DNA from: Diplonema japonicum
Lineage: Eukaryota; Protista; Euglenozoa: Diplonemea
Reading direction: 5' to 3'
DNA length: 64,000 nt
NCBI GenBank assembly: GCA_964019335.1
Contig: OZ025663.1
Location: 372,001 to 436,000, forward strand
Part shown: positions 50,584 to 59,700 of the stretch, piece by piece
Position numbering within the stretch: position 1 is the first letter of the stretch
How the letters are laid out: every line of letters begins with the position of its first letter
Program-made: the position numbers and the translations under genes
The notes under the pieces: model-generated
Told to the model about the DNA's origin: nothing
Seen by the model: the letters and a program-made list of their open reading frames with translations, nothing else
Databases searched by the model: none

Positions 50584-50950
50584 TAACCCCCCTCTTTTTT
50601 TTGTTTTTGTGGTCAAATCTTTCTTCTGCCAAATGTTCTGAGAAACTTGAAAAAAAGAAAAAGGGGGGAAAAAAAAAAAAAGACGAACGTTAGTTTTTTT
50701 TTTTTTTTTTTTTTTTCTTTTTTCCCCCCTCTCAAAAGGGTCACCAGTTAATCCTCCTGTCACTTCATCCGGCTACCGCAAAGAAGGACGGTACCAGTTC
50801 ATGGAAGATGGAAGTACCGTGAGGTACATTCTTTATGAACGTGCTCTGCAGAAGGAGCCATAGGGCCGCTGTGGTGCCGCTTCTGCCCACCTTGCTTCTG
50901 GTCATCATTAAAAAAAAAGGAGGGGAGACGGGGGCGAAAAAAAAAAAAAA

Positions 50951-51790
50951 ATGGAAATGCCCAAACTAATCCGGATGGGCCTCTTGGAGGACGAGGCGTG
51001 GGAGGAAATCGTGCGCGATGAGTTACGGACGTACTACATAACCCCTTGCTGGCAAGTTCAGTTTTATGCCGCTCTGTGTTACAAGGGCTTTGTCACCATT
51101 GCTCAGGAGCCTGAGGTGCTGATCCCAGAGCTGCAGGCGAGCTACGCCGTACTAGACTATGAGAACCTACATGTAGAACGGTCGGTCTTAAAACGGATAA
51201 AAAAAGGGAACTTCGCATTGTACGCAAACAGCCGGCAAGACGAAGTTTTCAGGAATATCTTGCGACACCACTCCGAGCAGGGAAGCTGGCTGGGAATAAA
51301 ATACTGGAATATGTTCCGTGAGGCCTCAGACGGCCTATCGATAGGAATGGCAGCAGAACACGGAGGGTCCTTCTTCCAGCCGCAAACATTCGAGCTAATC
51401 GATAGCTCCACAGGGGTGCTCGTCTCAGGGGAGATTGGTTACATCTGCGGGTCTGTATATACCTCGCTTACAGGGTTTTTCCACCCAAGCTACCCTTCCT
51501 CTGGTAAGATACAGTTGTGTACAATGGTTAAATACTTGCAAAGTAAAGGAGTGGTCTTCATCAACCTGGGGCACCCTCCGTGTGGTGATAGTTTGAAGTA
51601 CAAAGCCGAGATAGGGGCTGTCACTATACCTCGTGTTGCGTTTCTTGAGAAATGGGAGGCAGCGCGGAATGGGCGCATCGACCTCCCGAAAAATGAGATG
51701 GTTTGCACTGCTAAAGAGATGCTGTTGGCCCCAGCTCGGAAACGAGATGCGGCCTGCGTCCCCAGCAACCCAAAAAAAGTTAAACTTTGA
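50951..51790 (+). CDS. Leucyl/phenylalanyl-tRNA-protein transferase (Aat) homologue
   Basis: GFVTIA..LIPELQ..YAVLDYENLHV, GEIGY..GSVYTSLTGF, GKIQL, FINLG and YKAEIGAVTIPRVAFL. Confidence 0.8.
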   Translation: MEMPKLIRMGLLEDEAWEEIVRDELRTYYITPCWQVQFYAALCYKGFVTIAQEPEVLIPELQASYAVLDYENLHVERSVLKRIKKGNFALYANSRQDEVFRNILRHHSEQGSWLGIKYWNMFREASDGLSIGMAAEHGGSFFQPQTFELIDSSTGVLVSGEIGYICGSVYTSLTGFFHPSYPSSGKIQLCTMVKYLQSKGVVFINLGHPPCGDSLKYKAEIGAVTIPRVAFLEKWEAARNGRIDLPKNEMVCTAKEMLLAPARKRDAACVPSNPKKVKL

Positions 51791-51842
51791 GCAATTTTTT
51801 CCTTCTTTTTTTCCGCGAGAAGGCTAGTCCTTTTTTTTTTTA

Positions 51843-52266
51843 AAGTAGATACAAGGGGACGTTCCAAAACAAGAACCTCTTTTATATCTCATCCTTCTTT
51901 TTTTTTACAGAAGAAAGCGCGGAGTTTCCACGGCCTCCTGGAAAGAATCCAAGAAGGGACACAGCACGCATGCAGAAGAAGGTCAGAGGCAAGCGGATCT
52001 TCCCAGCGGAGAGCCAGAAGAACCACGCGCTTAGAACCATAGGTGCGAAGAAGAGTCTGGGATGGAACTTTGCATCAGAGAAAACCAAGAAGGACCTTAA
52101 GAAACTGGGCAGAAAGTGGCAAGAAGAAAGAGAGGATACTTTGAGAAAGGCAACACAGCCAAAAAAGAAAGAAAGGCCGAGGCCCCAGAAGGGAGAAAGG
52201 TAGATAAGTAGAGACAAGGGGGACGTTCCAAAACAGGAACCTCCTTTATCTCATCTCTTTTTTTTT
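51843..52266 (+). repeat. Pair of ~60-nt direct repeats (51843-51907, 52206-52266) flanking a ~300-nt purine-rich segment
   Basis: AAGTAGA.ACAAGGGG(G)ACGTTCCAAAACA.GAACCTC.TTTA..TCTCATC followed by a T-run, in both copies. Confidence 0.85.
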
Positions 52267-52845
52267 GTTTTCTTTTGGGCAGAGCAGAGTGCCCTCGCGA
52301 GCTCATTGCGCTGCCATGAACTAGTTTTTAGAGGCGTCCTGCCACATACCGCAGGTACCCTTGTTAAATGTCTCTTTTTTTTTTTTTTAGACCCGACAGT
52401 GATGTTGTACCAAAAAAAAAAAAAAAAAGAAAAAAAGTGAATGTCGGGAGGGGGGACAGTGGTTACAGTCGTTTTCACAAAAAGAATAATCCTTTTTTTC
52501 ACCCCCCCAGCCTTAATTTCCCCCCCCCCCCCCCCCCCGGCCCCCGGACACATTTTAGCTTGACCCCCGCCTTGGTCCCGACAATTATTGAACCGTCCTA
52601 GACAAGGACAAGTCTACCCAAGAGTTGATTCCTGGACATTCCCGAGTCTATTTTAGATCGAGGCCTCAGTTAGACCTACTGTTTCAAGAAATGCCACCAT
52701 TTTTTGAGGGCTTTGGGCTTTCGGCGGTATAAATGCCGTGTGGCACGTTGAAGCTCACACCATGTGTGCGAGTTTAGCCCATTTTTATTTTTGGCACGTG
52801 CAAGAGCGCCTATGAACCCACACGCAGACCACTCCTTACACTAAC

Positions 52846-53601
52846 ATGCTATCCCGACGGGCTAAGGAGTGGGTCCTACGAAAGGTTGTGATCGAAACAG
52901 TGTGCAGCTCTGGGGTGCGCCGAGAGATGGCCACCAGCGTGTGGGCACTGACCGTTCTAAGGCAGATGATCTCAATGGACAACCTAGTGGATGTCATATC
53001 ATGGGTGCTGCCTGTGGCCCAGTACAGTACATTGATGTCGTACGACGTTGCTGTGGAGGACATGGGGCGCAGGGTGTGGCAAGGCCGCAGAGCTGCTTCA
53101 GGTTGGTTTGCTGCTGCAATTGAACCGTCTGTCCCTGCGGGGTGGCAAGCTGTGCTGAAGGTTAGGATTCCCAAAGACGTCACTTCCACGAAAAAACCGC
53201 AAGTCGGCATAGCCGCCCTGCCTACGGAATACGGTAAAGCCGCGTTGCTGTTCGATGGGTCCCCCTTGCCTGATAACATCCCCCACTTCATCCCCCCGGT
53301 CATGGACTTTCCCTCTGATGAAATTATCACCATATCTGCGAACCCTCAACGAAGCCTTGTAACTTATTCGTCTGCTGCAGGGGTTTTTCGGTACAAGTAC
53401 GTTTTTCCGCCTGCCTCTCGTTATTCTTTTCTCACCGTTCTCTCCACCACAGGCGAGGCTTTGTGCATTGTCGACTTCACAATGGCGCAGACGAAGCCGG
53501 TCCCCCCTTTGCCCAGAGGGACATATTGCGCTATGGCCGGCGCTGTGATCGCTGCCTTTCTGGTGAACAGGTATATGTATTTTGTGTTTACCGATTTTTG
53601 A
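52846..53601 (+). CDS. Hypothetical protein with a C-terminal TM anchor
   Basis: 251-aa ATG ORF; YCAMAGAVIAAFLV hydrophobic tail; middle weakly SPRY-like. The 3' end may be altered by an intron at CAG|GTATAT (53571). Confidence 0.6.
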   Translation: MLSRRAKEWVLRKVVIETVCSSGVRREMATSVWALTVLRQMISMDNLVDVISWVLPVAQYSTLMSYDVAVEDMGRRVWQGRRAASGWFAAAIEPSVPAGWQAVLKVRIPKDVTSTKKPQVGIAALPTEYGKAALLFDGSPLPDNIPHFIPPVMDFPSDEIITISANPQRSLVTYSSAAGVFRYKYVFPPASRYSFLTVLSTTGEALCIVDFTMAQTKPVPPLPRGTYCAMAGAVIAAFLVNRYMYFVFTDF

Positions 53602-54181
53602 GGGGAAAAAAAACTATCTTCTTTTCACCTCTTTCTATCCCTTTTTTTTTTAACCCCTTACAAAGAGCGCATAATCTCCCCCCCCCCCTTTTTCTTCTTT
53701 CCTATCTTTTTTTTCCCCTTTTTTTGTTTTTGTTTTCTCCTTTTTCTTCCTCTTCTTAAAAAAGCTAAGAAGAAATGAGGAAAAAAAAAGAATACACATA
53801 ATGCCCCGATGTAAATTGACGGGTTGTGTGGTTAAAAAGCGGCGCAGGGAGAAGTTGGTGTGCAGTGCAGCGGGGGGAGGGAAAAGTTAAGGGAGAAGGC
53901 GCAGGGCGAGAATCCATTTAAAAAGCTTAAACATGAAACCCCCCCCAACTGCCAGTCCCTTACCCTTAGCTCGCAACGCGACTGTCTTCCGAAGTCATGT
54001 GGCAACCTTGTCCTTCAGATCCGTTGTCCGTTGTACCCATTACATTCGATTAGATTAGATCATGATGTAGTATATATTTTTCAGAATTTTTCAGAAAAAA
54101 GAAAAAAAAAAAAGAGGAAAAAAAAGGGGCGAGAGGGAGGAGCGGTCCTCTGAGGGGGAAAGAAATAAAAGAAATAATAAT

Positions 54182-55311
54182 ATGTCGAAGAAAAACGAGC
54201 GCCGTTTGATGCACGTGAAGGAGCTGATGGTGCAAAAGGTTTCGAAAAGATACATGGCTTCAACAGGGGAGAAGCTTAACACGGCGAAGGTAAATCATCT
54301 TTTTTTTTTTTTTTTTAAACCCCTCTCACACAGCTCGCCTTCATAACCGAAGAAGTTGGGAAACTGCTAACGCAGAAGAACCCCACCGATAGCGACCTGA
54401 GCAAGGTTGTGCATGTGTTGAAGGTGAAGTTTGGTCGGTCACGCCGGTCTGATGAACATGACCCAAGACGAACTTCTTCATTACCAGAGGTACCCAGAAG
54501 CGCAGGGGAAGACAAGGAACGAGGCAGCAGCCGCCAGTCAGAAAACATGGCACCACACCAACCCAATAGCCCCCCACTAGGCCTCTATGCTCAAAGAAAT
54601 TTGCTTGTAAGAGAAGACATGTGGGCACGTCTTTCCAAAAAGGACCAACAGGACTACGAGGTAGAGGAAGCAAAACGTAAAAAGAAGACTAAAGAGAGAA
54701 TGTTGGAGCAGCGCAAGGCCCTGGATGAGCAGATACGGCAGCAGCAGGTTAGAAAACAGTGGGAACACGAAGAGGAGGAAAAAGTGCACAAAATGGAGGC
54801 TACAAAGCTCGAATCTTGGAAGGTTGAGATGGAACTCGAAGAGAAGAAGAGAAAACAGGTAAAAAAAGAAGAATTTCAAAAAAACAAAATAATAATAAAC
54901 AAGGCATCTGTACTCGAAAAGCGCGACCGAGACGAGCAACTGAAAGACCTTGACAGGAGGAAGCGGGCTGAGGAGGACCTCAAGAAAAGGGAAGAAGCCG
55001 ACATCGCGAAGAAGATCCAGACAGAGCTCGAAGCGGAACAGCAAGCCACTGTTGCCAAACGGCTCAAGGCGAAGGACGACATTGCAAAGTACACTGAGAA
55101 AAAAAAAAGAGGGGAAAAAAAAAAGAAAAAAAAAAAAAGGTTCATGTCCTACAACGCCGAACAGCGTCAGATCAAAACATCCATGAAAGATAAGGAGATG
55201 GAGGAGGACCGGGAACTACACAAAATGTATGTGGAGAAGCTGGAAAAACAAGAACGTGAGCGGGAGGAGTCTCTGAGGAAGCTCTATGCTAGACAGAGTA
55301 AACAGGTACAA

Positions 55312-55345
<34 letters not shown>

Positions 55346-55786
55346 CTCCCCAAGGTAGCGTTAGGATCTCGCATCGCAGCAGGCTTGGCAGAGAGAGCAG
55401 CTGAAGACGAACGTCGAGCTGCGGAAGAACAACGACGAATGCTAGAAAAAGTACAAAACGAGGAGAAAAGGAGACAACTCGCAATAGTCACCGAGAAAGA
55501 AAAAATCAAAATGTACCTTGCACAGCAGATACATGAAAAGGAAAGGCGGAAACAGCAAGAGAAAGACGATTTGGTGAACTTGAGGGACAGGATGATGGCA
55601 GATGTGAAGATATCTGAGGAGCAAGAGAAAGAGAAAGCTTCGATGAAACGGGCTAAGGAGGTTAAGAACCGTTGTGCTATAGAAGACCAAATTCGAACAA
55701 AGCACGCTTGCACTCAAGAGGCCATGTCCAACCAAGAGCGCAGGATCAACAGACAGCTGCTCCGTCGTCTTTCGAACAACCCCTGA
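54182..55786 (+). CDS. Trichohyalin-like coiled-coil protein (possibly flagellar); exons 54182-54289, 54334-54858, 54904-55088, 55140-55305, 55355-55786
   Basis: Four GT-AG introns join an ATG exon and two ORF-track pieces into one E/K/R/Q-rich helical protein (LDEQIRQQ, YLAQQIHEK, INRQLL). Confidence 0.8.
54290..54333 (+). other. Spliceosomal intron, 44 nt, phase 0, poly-T
   Basis: AAG|GTAAAT...(T)nAAACCCCTCTCACACAG|CTC. Confidence 0.85.
54859..54903 (+). other. Spliceosomal intron, 45 nt, phase 0, in-frame and stop-free, A-rich
   Basis: CAG|GTAAAA...AATAAACAAG|GCA. Confidence 0.7.
55089..55139 (+). other. Spliceosomal intron, 51 nt, phase 2, in-frame and stop-free, all purine after +8
   Basis: AA|GTACACTGAG(A)n GAGGGG (A)n G (A)n AG|G; would translate to poly-Lys if retained. 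Confidence 0.7.
55306..55354 (+). other. Spliceosomal intron, 49 nt, phase 0, with an (A)31 run
   Basis: CAG|GTACAAC(A)31CCCTCCCCAAG|GTA; restores the frame into ORF 55286..55786. Confidence 0.85.
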
Positions 55787-56537
55787 GGAACGCGACAACA
55801 GAAGCATGAAAGAAAAAAATAAGCTTGCAGAAAGCTGTTGCAGGGACGACAAAAAAAAAAAACCAATTTTCTGTACCCCCATTTTCCAATTTCGATTCAC
55901 CTCCCCCCCCCCCCCTTTCTTTTGTAGCAAAGACTCCAGTCTCACCGTCCCCCCCCCCTTTTTTTGCATCTCAAATTGCATCTTTTCCCTCCTCCGGGCT
56001 CTTCGGCTCACTGCCTTGGTCCCCTTTTTATTTACCTTGAGTTTTTTTTTTTTTAGCGATCCTGTCATATATGCAGGCTCCCTTCAAAAGACATGGACAT
56101 GTTTTTTTTTTTTTTTTTTTTTTTTTTTAGTTTCTCGGAAAATACTTTTTTCTGAATAAAAACAAAGAAGAGGAGAAAACGACAGGGGGGAAGAAGAAAG
56201 AAAGAAAAAAAACGGAATACCCCCCCCTCGTAAAAAGATTTTCCTTTGTTCTTTATCATCGCTTTCTACTCTTCCTCTCACCCGATCTGAACGCTGAAGA
56301 AGCTGTAGGTCCCCCCCCCCCTTTTTTCTTCTTTTCTTCATAACGGACTTGGGTTAATTGTACCGCATTTAACCCCAACATAAAACCGAAAAAGGGTACA
56401 AAATAAATACGGCGCAGTTTATTTACAAAATAAGAGAAACCCCCTTTGCCCCCCAACCCTTTGTGATACAGCAGCCCATGTTGTGTCCAAAATCTGAAAA
56501 AGGTACGTATTAAACCCAAATCCGGTATTATTATTCT

Positions 56538-56577
<40 letters not shown>

Positions 56578-56707
56578 CCCCAATGTACTTACTCCTCCAA
56601 AGCAATTCTACTTACTTCGTCCCCTTCTTCTTTTTTTTTTTTTCTTTTTAAAATAAGTCAACCATTGAATTACAGGAGGGAACGAGGGGTGTGGCGCATA
56701 AGGAACA

Positions 56708-59700
56708 ATGATATGTGCGGTGGCCTTTGCTGCAGTGGTGTTTGGGTGTGGGCACGAGCTTCATGTTGCGACTATACAGGCGCTGCGACCCATAGCTGCC
56801 CAGATGGGGAATGTGAACCATTTAATAGACAATACTCTTCAAGAATGTCTTGTCTCTGGGGCCCAGCCGCTTGAAATAGAAATCACAATGCAGAAACCAA
56901 CGGAGCCCCTGTGCCTTCTGAGGGCCCGCAGCTGGTTCAGCACCGCCCTAGAACTAGGCCCTACGAAAATGGAGTGCAAGAATGGTGTTTACGCGCAAAT
57001 CCCGTTCTCACGCCAGACGGTGTACACTTCGCCTAACGTCTACACATTCACCTTTCCTTCAGCTCCTGTATGTACGTCGCTGCGCTTCACGTTTGAGCCA
57101 GTGGTAGGGAGCTTAAGCGGCGGCAGGTGGGGTTTCCAAGAAATCGAGGTGCTCGCGGGGAGCACCCCAGTTCCGGACACAGCAGCTCCGCCGACTGCGG
57201 TGCCTACATCTTCCCCGCCTACTCTAGTGCCCCCCACTCCTTTCCCGCAGACTCCGTCCCCACCTACCCCGGTGCCGAAGACACCGGTACCCGCGACGTC
57301 GGCACCAGCCACCACTGCGCCAGCTACCCCTGCACCTGCCACGCCGGTCCCTGACACTCCTATTCCGCCCACTCCTGCTCCTGCGACACCGTCGCCCCTA
57401 ACACCTGTTCCGCTAACGTCAGTACCAGCTACTCTCGCACCTGTGACACCTTCGCCACAAACACCTGCTCCAGCCACCCCTGCTCCTGATACACCTACGC
57501 CACCTACTTCTGCCCCTGATACACCGGCACCAGTGACTCCTGCTCCTGCGACACCTTCGCCCCCCACACCTGCTCCTGGTACACCCACTCCCGACACTTC
57601 TGCTCCTGATACACCTGCCCCTGACACCCTTACACCAGCTTTCCCGCCCACTCCTGCCCCGTTGACACAGGCACCAGCTACCCCCGTACCTAAAACACCT
57701 TCACCACAAACACTTGCTCCCGACACATCTGCTCCTGATACACCTGCCCCGTTGACACAGGCACCAGCAACATCTGTTCCTGTGACACCTTCGCCACAAA
57801 CACCTGCTCCTGATACACCCACGCCGGCTTTCCCGCCCACTCTTGCCCCGTCGACACAGGCACCAGCTACCCTCGTACCTAGTACACCTTCACCACAAAC
57901 ACTTGCTCCCGACACATCTGCTCCTGATACACCTGCCCCGTTGACACAGGCACCAGCAACACCTGTTCCCGACACCTCTGCTCCTGACACCCCTGCACCT
58001 GACACACCCACGCCGGCTTTCCCACCAACTCCTGCCCCGTCGACACAGGCACCAGCAACATCTGTTCCTGTGACACCTTCACCACAAACACCTGTTCCCG
58101 ACACCTCTGCTCCTGACACCCCTGCCCCTGACACACCCAAGCCGGCTTTCCCACCAACTTCTGCCCCGTCGACACAAGCACCAGCAACATCTGTTCCTGT
58201 GACACCTTCACCACAAACACCTGTTCCCGACACCTCTGCTCCTGACACCCCTGCACCTGACACACCCAAGCCGGCTTTCCCACCAACTTCTGCCCCGTCG
58301 ACACAAGCACCAGCTACATCTGTTCCTGTGACACCTTCACCACAAACACCTGCTCCTGACACACCCAAGCCGGCGTTCCCACCTACTTCTGCCCCGTCCA
58401 CTCCAGCACCAGCTACTCCCATACCTAAAACACCTTCACCACAAACACCTGCTCCCAAAACTTCTGCTCCTGATACACTTGCCCCGTCAACATTAGTACC
58501 GGACACCCCTTCACCACAAACACCTGCTCCTGACACGCCAGCGCCAGCTTTCCCGCCAACTCCTGCCCCGTCGACACCAGTACCCGTAACACCTGCTCCT
58601 GACACGCCCACGCCAGCTTTTCCACCAACACCTTCGCCACAAACACTAATGCCCTCCACTGTTGCACCCGATACACCTGTACCTGTACCTGTTACAGTTT
58701 CCCCGTTGGACAATACCACCTTCCCCCCCTCCACACCAGCTCCTGACACTGCTGTTCCTGATGTCACGTTGACACCTAATGTCACGCAGGCACCGACAGC
58801 AGTACCTAGCACAACACCGTCTACTCAATTAAGCAGCAGCGCAACCACGGCCCCTACCACCCCTGCTCCCATCGCCCACATCGATGGCGAGGCTGTAAAT
58901 TCCATAGCAAAAGGAGCTCTCGCGAGCGCGACGTTGCTTGGTGCGGGAACGCCAGGGCCTGTGATGAGGCTGGTGCTGGTGACACAGGGATGCTTCGATC
59001 ATGAGAGGTTCCCGTCGTCGCTGCACCCGACAAAGCTGCACCTTGGGAGTGAGGCTGGCGGGGCTGTCCTGGGCAACTTGATGCTGATAGGCAGCGTGGC
59101 TATCGCCATGCAGATAGCGAAGTTGGTGGTGCCGCCATTATTGATGACGGTTGCGCCATACTACCGGCTGGACAGAGAGATCATAGGCGCCATGACGTTC
59201 CCGGCGGGTGCACTGTTCGTCATGCAGGTCTTGTTCATCGGGCTGTGCTTGGGCGGCATGGTCCTCATCGTAGACTCGCAGTCGGTTATAGAATCCGTGT
59301 TCGGGGGCCTCATGACAATGCTGTGCATTGTGGTGCCGGCGTTGCTGTTCAAGATTGTGGCAAACGGCGTCCCAAAGAGCGCGGTGTACCGGTTGGACGA
59401 GGAAAGGATTCGGTGGAAGGATATGCTCCTCGGTCCTGGGGAGTGGGTGGCTGTTGACCCAGCTAGCTTGTGGGTCAGCAAGTACCAGAGTTTGATAAGA
59501 TGCTACAAGCAGTCCAACGCATGGTTCAACGTGGTGGACATGTACGCGACTCTGGCAGCAGCAGGCTGCTCGGCACTGCAGCCAGACACAGCGATGGGCT
59601 GCGGGCATATCATGATGTCCCTTACTGTGATATCGGTGCTGTATTTGATCTGCCTTTGCGTTGTGAGGCCGTACATCAGGGCCTACGACATGATCCTGGA

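Noticed and set aside
14041-55360. Programmed frameshifting on A-runs, or pseudogenes, as the explanation for split ORFs
   Set aside because: Each break is bounded by GT..AG at a consistent 35-68 nt spacing and removal restores the frame, so introns are more parsimonious. RNA data are still needed.
57040-58812. 590-aa minus-strand G/V/A ORF
   Set aside because: Antisense shadow of the Pro/Thr repeat.
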